A stretch of 64,000 nucleotides of DNA from Promethearchaeota archaeon (GTDB lineage Archaea > Asgardarchaeota > Lokiarchaeia > Sigyniarchaeales > SOKP01): assembly GCA_019058445.1 (NCBI GenBank), contig JAHPZA010000009.1, positions 128,001 through 192,000 of the forward strand, written 5' to 3'. The position numbers were made by a program, and so were the translations under genes. The notes beneath the pieces are model-generated. The model searched no databases, was not told where the DNA came from, and saw only the letters and a list, made by a program, of their open reading frames with translations. Positions 42,147-51,763 of this stretch are shown piece by piece (position 1 is the stretch's first letter; the number at the start of each line of letters is the position of its first letter).

Positions 42147-42301
42147 CGGACTTTCTTGTTAATTGTTATTAATTAAGTATTTCTAAAATTTCTAATGTAA
42201 TATTAATTAAATGAAATTTGATAAAAAAAAATGAATCTTCAATGAAAAATTATTCTTTTTAATTAAAAAATTAGGTTGATTAATAATAATATCTGGATTT
42301 T

Positions 42302-44884
42302 TTATACTCTGTCGTGTTCGGTTCTAGATATAATCTCATCTTGGATCTCTTTACCTAAGTCTGTAAAATAAGCAGAATAGCCTCCAACTTTGACAATGAT
42401 ATTTCTATAATTAACTGGATCCTTTTGAGCTGCTTTAAGAACTTCCGTAGAAACCACAGTGGGTTGTAGTTGTTCTCCTCCTAATTTAAAATATGTTTTT
42501 ATCAAAGAGATCCATTTCTTCTTACCATCTTCAGATTTGCCAATTCCGGAAGGATGCATTCGAATATTTACAGCACATCCCATAACATGTTCGTAGGGGA
42601 GAGCTGAAACAGAACGCAATACACCAGTTGGTCCATGCTCTTCAACATTATAAGGATTACAACTTGCTGCGAATGGTTTTGCGGCGAGTCTGCCATCGGG
42701 GGTAGCAATTGAAATCCTCCCATCATAAGTGTGGGTTGTCATGCTATTAATAAAGGGAGCAAAGAATCCATCCCTGAATGTCCGATATTTATAAGTTTCT
42801 TCAAACATGTGGGAACTGACTTTTTTTGCGAGTTCATCTGACTCTGGATTGCCGTTGCCCCATTTTCCGTCTAAATCCAGGATTAATTTATGAATCCATT
42901 CATACCCATTACTATAATTGTTATCAATGGCATCAATTAGCTCTCGTAATGAGAATTTTTTCTCTTCAAATACTAATTTCTTAATAACATACAGAGAATC
43001 TATAGTATTGGCAATACTCGTCATGAAAAGTATTCCCTCACAATCATAAATCGCACCTCCATCTGCAATATCTTTTTTATTTTCAAGGCAGCCCTGCATG
43101 AATGCTGATATTAATGGAGCAGGTAAGTATTTTGCATAAAGGCTATCTCTAATAATGGCAGCATCAACAATTTTTTTAATCATATTATCGGCTTGAGCAT
43201 AAAATGCTCCCAAAAATTCATCAAAATTTTTAAATGATTCTGGTTCACCTGTCTTTAGACCAACATTTTTAACGAGTCCAATCAGAGTCATTGCATCTCC
43301 ATTGCGAAGAGCCATATCAAGAGTTCGACATAGTAATATTGATGAAAAACCCTCTCCTCCTGTTTTTCCGGGAGAACACATATCAACACATCCAGTTATA
43401 GCATACCCATTGGCATCTTCATCTGTGAACCCTCGATTTTTTAATGCTTGAAGACTGATCTCGTCATTCATTAATGAAACACTAGAAACTCCATTATAAT
43501 GAAGATCAGCTACCTTCATTAACAATTCATCAGGAGTGTTATTATGGATTCTCACAGCAAAATTAAGGGATGCCTTTGATCTATCGGCCGCATCTAGCAT
43601 AATGTATGTTAGCGCATTTGTAGCATCTTCCCCCGATCCTGTAAGACCTCCCAAAGTCACTGGTTCAGAACCCTCATATCGTTGACTAAAATCACTTGAT
43701 GCGTTTGAATTTGGACGCATATTATGACTCATTACTTTTAAAAACAATTCTTCACATAGTTCACGCACTTCATCCTTTGTGATTCTTCCATCTTTCATAT
43801 CTTTAATGAAATAAGGATAAAATAATTGATCTAATCTTCCTGGAGCATGGACATTGAATGGAACTGCCAACTCTACAGCTGTTTTAACGGTCCAATATGA
43901 TTGAACTGCTTCACGAAACGTTTCAGCAGGATAGATAGGAACTTTGCGTGTGATTTCTAGTATCTTAGATAATATTTTCTTTCTTTCAGGATCTGATGTC
44001 CTATCTAACTCCTCTTCTATCTTTTTAATGAGCCTGCGTGCAAATATAATGACTCCTTCAAGAGCAATATCTATGGATCGTAAAAAATCCAATTCCTTTT
44101 CGGTGGAATAGGCCTTTTTATTTATCAATTCTTGGACATCCTGATGCATTGCCAGGATTCCCTTTTTAATCGGAGTTTCATGATCAAGGATTAAATGCCC
44201 CTGCCATACCCCAAGCGCGGATCCAAGTGATGTAACATAATCACTTTTGCCAGTCGTACGTGGTAAACTATCTATGAAATTTCCAAATTCGCCTGGATAA
44301 ATTCCGGATTCTTTAAATGCAATACCAAGTAAATCAGCAATAGTTTTTCCATTCCAATAAGGAAGTAATTCATTGAGTAGGAGATTTTTATCCTCCTCTT
44401 TAATTTGATAAGGATTTATTTTTCTTTTGTCCATGGTATCGGTTCCAAGACCAGGCATAGCTACTCCAATCTTTTTTGTATGAGTTAAGAGCTCTAATGG
44501 ATTTATTCCTTTGTTTTCCAAAAATTCCATCAAACATTTATTCCCATCACTGGCAAATTTACGCATTCGTTTTTTATCAAACTCAATCTCAAAAACTCCA
44601 TTAAATAATCCTCTTTCAATGTCTATCGGAATACCGAGAAAATTCTCCGTCCATGTCCCTACAATGCTATCATCCGGATCAACATCAAAATGCATGTTTT
44701 CATAGACATGTTTCATAGCCATTGCAACGCGAATCCCAACGGGAACTGGCTCACTTTTATTTTCTAATTCTTTCCACTTTTCAGTATAAAACTTCGCTCT
44801 CTCAATCGAAACGAAAGGAATTTCATCAAGAAACCTTTTTCGAAATCTTTTTATTCTTTCACTTGCATTATCTCTCAAATCCAA
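42302..44884 (-). CDS. glycyl radical enzyme (paralog of 36539-39115)
   Basis: ITGCVD, ATPDGR, VKVGGYSAYF, EIISRTEH; colinear with the first copy. Confidence 0.93.
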   Translation of the reverse strand: MDLRDNASERIKRFRKRFLDEIPFVSIERAKFYTEKWKELENKSEPVPVGIRVAMAMKHVYENMHFDVDPDDSIVGTWTENFLGIPIDIERGLFNGVFEIEFDKKRMRKFASDGNKCLMEFLENKGINPLELLTHTKKIGVAMPGLGTDTMDKRKINPYQIKEEDKNLLLNELLPYWNGKTIADLLGIAFKESGIYPGEFGNFIDSLPRTTGKSDYVTSLGSALGVWQGHLILDHETPIKKGILAMHQDVQELINKKAYSTEKELDFLRSIDIALEGVIIFARRLIKKIEEELDRTSDPERKKILSKILEITRKVPIYPAETFREAVQSYWTVKTAVELAVPFNVHAPGRLDQLFYPYFIKDMKDGRITKDEVRELCEELFLKVMSHNMRPNSNASSDFSQRYEGSEPVTLGGLTGSGEDATNALTYIMLDAADRSKASLNFAVRIHNNTPDELLMKVADLHYNGVSSVSLMNDEISLQALKNRGFTDEDANGYAITGCVDMCSPGKTGGEGFSSILLCRTLDMALRNGDAMTLIGLVKNVGLKTGEPESFKNFDEFLGAFYAQADNMIKKIVDAAIIRDSLYAKYLPAPLISAFMQGCLENKKDIADGGAIYDCEGILFMTSIANTIDSLYVIKKLVFEEKKFSLRELIDAIDNNYSNGYEWIHKLILDLDGKWGNGNPESDELAKKVSSHMFEETYKYRTFRDGFFAPFINSMTTHTYDGRISIATPDGRLAAKPFAASCNPYNVEEHGPTGVLRSVSALPYEHVMGCAVNIRMHPSGIGKSEDGKKKWISLIKTYFKLGGEQLQPTVVSTEVLKAAQKDPVNYRNIIVKVGGYSAYFTDLGKEIQDEIISRTEHDRV

Positions 44885-45061
44885 TATAAGTCCCTCACTA
44901 CATACTCAAATATCTGTGTATGATAATAAATGATCTTAATTAAATAAAATAGATTTTAGCAGTTAATTATTTTTTTCTTCAATATTTTATAATTTCAGCT
45001 TTATAAACAAGAAAGAGAAAGAATTAGGAATATTTATACTGCATTATCTTTTATAAATATT

Positions 45062-45198
45062 TTTGCCACTCTTTCAGGTAAAAGGAATCCGAAATAATAG
45101 CAAAAAAAGACTGATATTTTAACAGTTTAATAATGGCTGATAATCCAATCTCCAATTTGGACAGATAAAATAAGCAATTGTTAATCAATATTTTCAAA
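45062..45198 (+). pseudogene. heavily decayed ABC ATPase fragment
   Basis: Manual translation gives ATLSG, then (other frame) LIMADNPISNLDR*NKQLLINIF. This resembles the LSGG signature and Walker B/D-loop LxADEPTGNLD in the right order, with stops and a frameshift. Confidence 0.45.
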
Positions 45199-45642
45199 AT
45201 AAAGCTTGAAACACTTACAGCAAGGTATTCCAAAATCCAAATTCAATCTTTTAATTTTCTTATTTTTGTTAAGTTTCATGAGCTTAAACAATTTTTCCTT
45301 AATTTTCTCATTACTCTCATCAAAATAAATCTTTTTTAAATTAGACCAGTGCAAATTTTCTTGGCATATTGGACAAACAGAATAGTATTTCATAAAATCC
45401 ATATAATCCTTTTTTTCCTCTTCATTAAGATTTTTTAATTTTAAGTCAGGATGATTGGCTATTATTTCTCTTAAATTATTTAATTCATCGAGCATTTGAT
45501 CTCTTAACTGATTTGGGCTCAATTGAATAGGATCTTGATCAAAAACAAAATCTCTCTTGTCAAATTTGTTGAAATATTCGACAGCTTCATTAAAAAAAAG
45601 TAATTCTTTATTTTTTCTTTCTTTAAAACTATTTTCGATCAT
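45181..45642 (-). CDS. hypothetical Cys-motif protein
   Basis: CPIC...GIPCCKCF possible zinc site. Confidence 0.65.
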   Translation of the reverse strand: MIENSFKERKNKELLFFNEAVEYFNKFDKRDFVFDQDPIQLSPNQLRDQMLDELNNLREIIANHPDLKLKNLNEEEKKDYMDFMKYYSVCPICQENLHWSNLKKIYFDESNEKIKEKLFKLMKLNKNKKIKRLNLDFGIPCCKCFKLYFENID

Positions 45643-45778
45643 AGAATCTTTTTCTTTTACTTTGGAACTAATTTACTTCTCCATTTAATATTTAGATATT
45701 ATAGTTTAAATGTTTTACATTTATTTACTAATAATCAATTATATTAAGATAATTACATTAAAACATGTTTTCTTTAAA

Positions 45779-47098
45779 TTAGAAAAAATTAAAAAAATCC
45801 TTACTATGATAAAATAGGTCATTTTTTTTAGCTTCAGTTAGTCTCTTAATGTCCATTACTTTAGAGGGAGCAAAATATTCAAAATCAAATTTCACATCAT
45901 CTCCCGCTTTTTTACCTGGAATTGGCATTAATCTTGCTGTCAATGGTTTATTATGAGTAATGGCTATGGTACTTAGATCTAATAAGATATAAAATAATTC
46001 TCTTTCAGAAATATCCCCCGGTAAAGGAATACAATCAAGACCCGTGCCACAAACAGTTGAATATAATAAAAGCGAGTCAATGGTTAATTTTTTTTCCTTC
46101 AGTCTTAAAGCTATAGTAAAATCTTCAAACACGGGTTGCATGACTCCTGAAAACCCTATAACTTTTTCTTTTTTCGGAATACAGTTAGTTATTAGGCCAA
46201 TTGCAAATAAACTTCCGTAGCCCCCAAAATACTCTATGCCCAAACTTTCTACTGCTGTTCCAATACTTCTATCATACCTTGGAAAAGGAGCAGGTGTGAG
46301 ATCCATTCCTACAAATTCTATATCATGTTTATAACTCACTCTTTCAGAGATTTTTAAAACTTCCTCATATATTTCATCCAACCTATTTTTTAAATTCGTT
46401 TTTGCCTCGTTTAAGTTCGATGATTTGTGGAATGTTGTTATTACCTCGTCTGCCATTTCTAATGCTATTGAAAAGGCTGGCTTATCAGAGTTTCTATGAT
46501 AGGCTGCGGGAAAAAAAGGAGTATTTGGAGGTACGTTACAGCTTACACAGAATTGCAAGTTCTTAAAGGGGTCAGGTTCAGAAAGTCTTTTAATGATTTT
46601 TACCGCTGACTTTAAGGCGGGGAAACTTATTTTATTTTCCGAAATAACCGGGAGTGAAGTAAATAGAGTAGGAAACTCTTTTAAATACTTATCAAATTCG
46701 TTTAAGATTAATTTTTCAAAAATCCCAAAATGCCCTAATTCATCTGCTCGCATAGTGCTGCATGCAAAATAATCGATCTCAAATTTATTGAATAATGTTT
46801 GCAAAATTGAGAATTCTTCATGTAAAATTGACAGAGTCTCTTGTACATCTTTTCTATAGGTTAATTGGTTTTCATACATTAATAGTGGTTGGGAGCAGAT
46901 TCGTTTTGTATCTACTGGAATATTGATGTTTTTAAATTCTTCAATTAAGTCATTAAAAAACAGCTTAAATCTTTCGAGTTTTTCTTCTAAGAACGCTTCA
47001 ATTTCGAGGTATTCATACAAAATTGGAATTTTGTCCCCTAAAGTGATTGCTCTAATTCTCATTATTTTTATGGTGTTGATATTAAAGATTAATTCCAC
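45779..47098 (-). CDS. DUF711/UPF0210 family protein (probable start at MRIRAIT)
   Basis: IRAITLG, PFFPAAYH, DLTPAP, GFSGVMQPVFED, STVCGTGLDCIPLPGD, KPLTARLMPIPG. Confidence 0.85.
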   Translation of the reverse strand: MELIFNINTIKIMRIRAITLGDKIPILYEYLEIEAFLEEKLERFKLFFNDLIEEFKNINIPVDTKRICSQPLLMYENQLTYRKDVQETLSILHEEFSILQTLFNKFEIDYFACSTMRADELGHFGIFEKLILNEFDKYLKEFPTLFTSLPVISENKISFPALKSAVKIIKRLSEPDPFKNLQFCVSCNVPPNTPFFPAAYHRNSDKPAFSIALEMADEVITTFHKSSNLNEAKTNLKNRLDEIYEEVLKISERVSYKHDIEFVGMDLTPAPFPRYDRSIGTAVESLGIEYFGGYGSLFAIGLITNCIPKKEKVIGFSGVMQPVFEDFTIALRLKEKKLTIDSLLLYSTVCGTGLDCIPLPGDISERELFYILLDLSTIAITHNKPLTARLMPIPGKKAGDDVKFDFEYFAPSKVMDIKRLTEAKKNDLFYHSKDFFNFF

Positions 47099-47199
47099 TT
47101 ATTATAATAAGATTATAAAAACTATTAAAAATCTTAATATTTTCAATGAATTACACAAAATAAAGGATAATACTCTTATAATTTTATTGAGAGTATTAA

Positions 47200-47718
47200 T
47201 TAATCTTGAGTCAGTATTCTGTCTATTTCTTGGCTTAATCTTAATGCTAGTTCAGAATGAGCATCTCCACAAGAATTTAAAATTATTTTTGCTTGTTTAG
47301 CATATGACTTTTGCTGATCCCTCGACCACGCATCTAAGGGCAGGTCAATTAGATTATCTAAACGATCTGCTAATTTTATAATTTTTGCCTCATTAGAGGC
47401 GTTTTGAAGATTTTTAAGATAATATTGTTTTTCTGTAGTAATAGGAATGCTCAGTTCATTTACGATGGAAGCGACATTTCTTCCAAATTTTTTTTCGATT
47501 TCACTTAGAGATGTATCTGTATCTTCAACTAAGTCATGAAACAGTGCGGCTATCATCATATTCTCATGGACAAATTCATTAAATCCCGCAGCTCTTAAAA
47601 TTAGGGTAATCCGAAGTGGATGGATAAAATAGTAAATATCTCCTGATTTGCGCTTTAAATCTCCATATTTTATCACAGCAAAGTTTAACGCATTCCAGTA
47701 CTTCAAGAAAGATTTCAT
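47200..47718 (-). CDS. Mesh1/SpoT-like HD-domain hydrolase
   Basis: RKSG..YFIHP, AALFHDLVEDT, IKLADRLDN. Confidence 0.88.
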   Translation of the reverse strand: MKSFLKYWNALNFAVIKYGDLKRKSGDIYYFIHPLRITLILRAAGFNEFVHENMMIAALFHDLVEDTDTSLSEIEKKFGRNVASIVNELSIPITTEKQYYLKNLQNASNEAKIIKLADRLDNLIDLPLDAWSRDQQKSYAKQAKIILNSCGDAHSELALRLSQEIDRILTQD

Positions 47719-50114
47719 ATTTCATTCAACCTTGCTTTTTCTTTTACTTGTAAATCTTTTTCTTTGAGAATAGGTCTTTTATATTCATTAGGTTTAATAG
47801 GACCTAACTTCTTTAATTCTTCCGTAAATTGAGCAACAACTTGAGCAAATTTTTCACCTTCTCCGGCAGATATACTTTCAATTCTCACTCTCTTTTCATT
47901 TATTCCTGATTCAGCAAGTACTTCTTTAATGCTTTCGTATCGAGTTTTGGCTTTAATGAATCCCTCCTTATAATGACAATCTTGCTCATGACAACCAGCA
48001 ATTAAAACTCCATCTGCACCATTAAAGAACGCATCAAAAACTAAAGAGGGATCAAGCATTGCGGTACACATAACATGAATTGCTCTAATATTTGTGGGAT
48101 ATGTTAATTTACTTGTCCCCGCTAGATCAGCTCCTAAATAAGAACACCAATTGCACATAAAAGCTATTATTAAGGGAAATTCACTTTTTTTTTCTAAGAT
48201 TGCTTCAAATTGTGCTGTAATTTGTTGTTTTGTGAATCCAGGTATATATAATGCATTTTGAGGACACATTGCAGCACATGCACCACATCCAGTACAATTT
48301 GCTTGAATAATTTCTAATGTTTTATCTTCAATTTTTAATGCATTATAGATACAAATATTTTCGCACAACCGGCACAGATCACATTTATCTTTATCGAGAC
48401 ACACGATATGAGGATCTAACTCTACTTTCCCTTTCGCAGTAAGAGCAATTGCCTTTGCTGCCGCACTTTCGGCTTGAGCAATGCTAGAAGGGATATCTTT
48501 TGGGCCTTGAATCATTCCTGCTAAATAAATCCCATTGACGGAGGTTTCAGAAGGTCTAACTTTAAGGTGTTTTTCAAGTAAAAATCCATATGGATCTTGT
48601 GATATATTTAAAATTTGACTTAACTCATCTGTACCCTCAGCGGGTTCTGAACCAACTGCCAAAACTACTAAGTCACATTTATTTTGGAAAATTTTATTTT
48701 CAATAACATCTTCCCCTCGCACTAATAATTGATCATCTAAATCGCTTTTTAAAACCGCAGAAACGTTGCTTTTGATAAACCTTATTCCAAAAACTTCTCT
48801 TGCTCTATTATAAAATTCCTCACAATTTTTTCCAACTGCACGTATATCGTTATAATAAATATTTATTTTTATATCCGGATGTTCCTGTTTTAATAGAACA
48901 GCTTGTTTAATTGCAGCATTACAGCATACTTGACTGCAATAGTCATGGTGAATTATTTCATTCCGAGATCCGACACATAAAATAAAGGAAACTTTCTTGG
49001 GAGGTGCTCCGTTCGAAGGTTTTATTACCCTTCCTCTGGAAGGGCCATCATTATTAAGTAATCGTTCCATTTCCATGGTGGTAATAATATCTGGATATTT
49101 TTGATAGTTTAATTCTCCTAATATGGAGGGATCAAATGTTTTGAAACCTGTAGCAACGATTATGGTACCTACTTTAATCTCTATATCTTGGGCTTTTTGA
49201 TCAAAATCAATAGCGTTTCGATCTCCACAAGCTTGCTGGCAAGCTTTACAGCCTATACAATGTTCTTCTAAAATATTAGGAAATAGAGGTATCGCTTGAG
49301 GATAAGGTACATCGATCGCCTTTCTTGGATAAAAGGTATTTTTTACGTCTATCGGACAAACATCTCTACAAATGTCGAAACATCCTACACAATTTTCTTC
49401 AATAATAAATCGAGGATTTTTTTGAATTGTAACATCAAAATTCCCAACATACCCCTCAACCCTTTTGACTTCAGAATATGTTAATAATTCGATATTGGGA
49501 TGCTCATTAATCTCACTCATCAAAGGTCCCAGAATGCAAATGCTACAATCTAATGTGGGAAATGTTTTATCAAAAAGTGCCATATGACCTCCGATTGTGA
49601 GATCGCGCTCTACTAAATATACCTTATATCCCGCATCTGCAATTGCCATGGCAGCTTTAATCCCCGCGATACCACCCCCAATTACTAAAGTTGAGGGCGT
49701 TATATTTGAAAATTGTACTTCTAAGGGCTCTAAAAGTTTTACCTGTTCAATGGCCATCGTAATTTGATCTATTGCTTTTAGGGTGGCTTTTTCAGGTTCT
49801 TGTGGATGCACCCAAGAATTTTGTTCTCGAATATTCGCAAATGAAACTAAATATCTATTAATACCAGCTTGTTCAATAGTTCTCCGAAAAAGAGGACCGT
49901 GTAATTTAAAAGAACATGCAGCGATAACAACCCGATCGATTTTATTCGTTTTTAATTCTTCTGTCAATTCATGTAAACCGGACTCAGAACATAAATATTG
50001 ATTTCCCATAACATAAACGTCCGGATAATCCTTAAAATGCTCAAGTAATTTATTATTATTGATAACACCTGAGATATTTTTTCCACAGTCGCATATGAAC
50101 AATCCAATTTTCAA
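47715..50114 (-). CDS. hdrA: heterodisulfide reductase subunit A fused to MvhD
   Basis: VIGGGIAG, KTFPTLDC, CVGSR..YCSQVCC, ferredoxin motifs, C-terminal MvhD (AFMCNWCSY.GAD, GADGV..GC...CHY). TTG start with GGAGG upstream. Confidence 0.93.
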   Translation of the reverse strand: MKIGLFICDCGKNISGVINNNKLLEHFKDYPDVYVMGNQYLCSESGLHELTEELKTNKIDRVVIAACSFKLHGPLFRRTIEQAGINRYLVSFANIREQNSWVHPQEPEKATLKAIDQITMAIEQVKLLEPLEVQFSNITPSTLVIGGGIAGIKAAMAIADAGYKVYLVERDLTIGGHMALFDKTFPTLDCSICILGPLMSEINEHPNIELLTYSEVKRVEGYVGNFDVTIQKNPRFIIEENCVGCFDICRDVCPIDVKNTFYPRKAIDVPYPQAIPLFPNILEEHCIGCKACQQACGDRNAIDFDQKAQDIEIKVGTIIVATGFKTFDPSILGELNYQKYPDIITTMEMERLLNNDGPSRGRVIKPSNGAPPKKVSFILCVGSRNEIIHHDYCSQVCCNAAIKQAVLLKQEHPDIKINIYYNDIRAVGKNCEEFYNRAREVFGIRFIKSNVSAVLKSDLDDQLLVRGEDVIENKIFQNKCDLVVLAVGSEPAEGTDELSQILNISQDPYGFLLEKHLKVRPSETSVNGIYLAGMIQGPKDIPSSIAQAESAAAKAIALTAKGKVELDPHIVCLDKDKCDLCRLCENICIYNALKIEDKTLEIIQANCTGCGACAAMCPQNALYIPGFTKQQITAQFEAILEKKSEFPLIIAFMCNWCSYLGADLAGTSKLTYPTNIRAIHVMCTAMLDPSLVFDAFFNGADGVLIAGCHEQDCHYKEGFIKAKTRYESIKEVLAESGINEKRVRIESISAGEGEKFAQVVAQFTEELKKLGPIKPNEYKRPILKEKDLQVKEKARLNEI

Positions 50115-50389
50115 GGTATATCTTCCTCCAAAAGAGAAATACTCTATGATTTATATAAAGTTAAATTTTTAATAATTATTCGTAATAGAAAATAATAATT
50201 TCAGTTAGATTGCTTTTACAATAGCCAATATTATTTAAAAAACAAGTATATCTAAAATCTTATCTCATAAATAATTACCTATTAATAAATACTGTAAATT
50301 TAACATTTCTGTAAGCAATTCTTAAATAAGAGATCATCCCAATACATTTTAAGTACGATATTTTAATCGTATTAATTATCGATGATAAG

Positions 50390-51676
50390 TTGTTAAACAT
50401 GAGAAATCTAACCACAAATAAAAAAATACTTTTAACCTCTACTGTCTTAATATTTACTGCTATCCTATTAATTAGTTCTTTTCCAATGATTACAACTCCT
50501 ATGAATTCATCTGGCTCAGGAAAGGCAAGTTCTGAATCGGGATCAGAACCATCAGTTGCGTTCGCAAGTAGCGGTTCAAATACTATGAGTCCAAATAACC
50601 TTTTACCAGGAGATATTATTCTTTTAGGTACTGATGATACACTTTTCGACTTTCTCATCCCTGGGAAGTGGTCACATACAGTGATAGTTGGAGGGATAGC
50701 TGGATATCATGAAATTTGGGCCACCGAAGAAGGTACTTGGGTTCCAGAAGGTGAGACTTGGGTGGTTCACTCCACTAAGGATGATGATGGTGATGGATTA
50801 CGAACTTCCCGATTTAATACTGTTGTCAATGATCATGCTGGTAATGTTGTTGCGATAAGAATTTTAAAACCGGGTGGAGCATTGTTATCATCCTCAGAAA
50901 GAACGGCTATTGTTAATTTTGCTACCTCTAAAATAGGTTTAGATGAGGGTTATGACTGGAACTGGCTTGGTAAACAGACAGGTATTGATACTGCTGACCC
51001 CGAAATCGCACCAGATGGGTATTACTGCTCAGAACTAGCATGGGCAGCTTATAAATCCACCTTAGGCATTGATTTAGACGGAGATTTTTCACCTTTCAAT
51101 ATTGGAGTTTCACCGGAAGATATCTATTGGTCTCAATATGCTCAAGTGATCGCTCTGGAAATGAATTCAGATCCTAATGGAAATAGCGTCCCTGGAGGAG
51201 CTTATAAAATTGATGCTTCGAATGATTTATATAAATTAACTGTATTCGTTGATGAAGTATACTACGATGATGAACATGAGGGATGGCTTATGGGGGATGG
51301 TGAAATGTACCTCAAGCTCTGGATCGGTGAAGGTTATTTCCCAAGTTGCGCTGCCAATGGCTATAAAAACGATAACCACTTAGATAAAATTGATGATGCT
51401 GGTGATCATTATACAAGGGCAGGTTCTGGCGAAGCGATAGATTGGAATAATTATCACTATGCTCTTGTTAGCTTTAATTCTTATCTTAAAATAAGGATTC
51501 AAGCATCTGAATATGATTCAACTTCAGGTGATGATGACTATCCAACATTTCAGTGGTTCTGGGATGGATCTACTTGGCATAATTATATTGATAATGGGTG
51601 GTATTGGTCAGGCTCGCGGGTAGATTTAGGTGACTGCCGTTATACAATCTATTTTAGGATAGACGCAGTATATTAA
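50390..51676 (+). CDS. secreted permuted papain-like NlpC/P60 (YiiX/YebB-like) protein with Asp/Trp-rich C-terminal domain
   Basis: N-terminal hydrophobic signal/anchor, PGDIIL, GKWSH, YDW, YYCSELAWAAY, VSPEDI. Confidence 0.78.
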   Translation: MLNMRNLTTNKKILLTSTVLIFTAILLISSFPMITTPMNSSGSGKASSESGSEPSVAFASSGSNTMSPNNLLPGDIILLGTDDTLFDFLIPGKWSHTVIVGGIAGYHEIWATEEGTWVPEGETWVVHSTKDDDGDGLRTSRFNTVVNDHAGNVVAIRILKPGGALLSSSERTAIVNFATSKIGLDEGYDWNWLGKQTGIDTADPEIAPDGYYCSELAWAAYKSTLGIDLDGDFSPFNIGVSPEDIYWSQYAQVIALEMNSDPNGNSVPGGAYKIDASNDLYKLTVFVDEVYYDDEHEGWLMGDGEMYLKLWIGEGYFPSCAANGYKNDNHLDKIDDAGDHYTRAGSGEAIDWNNYHYALVSFNSYLKIRIQASEYDSTSGDDDYPTFQWFWDGSTWHNYIDNGWYWSGSRVDLGDCRYTIYFRIDAVY

Positions 51677-51709
51677 ATATTAAGAGGTTTATAACATTCT
51701 AACATACGT

Positions 51710-51748
51710 CCTGCAAGCTATGAAATACGATCTTGCGGGTTTTTTTTT
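51710..51748 (+). terminator. stem-loop followed by T9 tract
   Basis: CCTGCAAG-(14 nt)-CTTGCGGG then TTTTTTTTT, 34 bp after the stop at 51676, between convergent genes. Confidence 0.65.
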
Positions 51749-51763
51749 AATTTTTAAAAAATA

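Noticed and set aside
36539-44884. Calling the GREs pyruvate formate-lyase
   Set aside because: They lack the adjacent Cys-Cys active-site pair of PFL, and the activase has a ferredoxin insert typical of non-PFL GREs.
45051-45233. 60-aa minus-strand ORF
   Set aside because: No motif; the opposite strand is better explained as a decayed ABC ATPase fragment.
47715-50114. Possible selenocysteine recoding in HdrA/MvhD
   Set aside because: The ORF is uninterrupted and the relevant motifs contain Cys; no in-frame TGA.
51710-51748. Hairpin as a SECIS element (contains ATGA...GA)
   Set aside because: Too short for the two-helix SECIS structure, the upstream gene has no in-frame TGA, and the T-tract favours a terminator.
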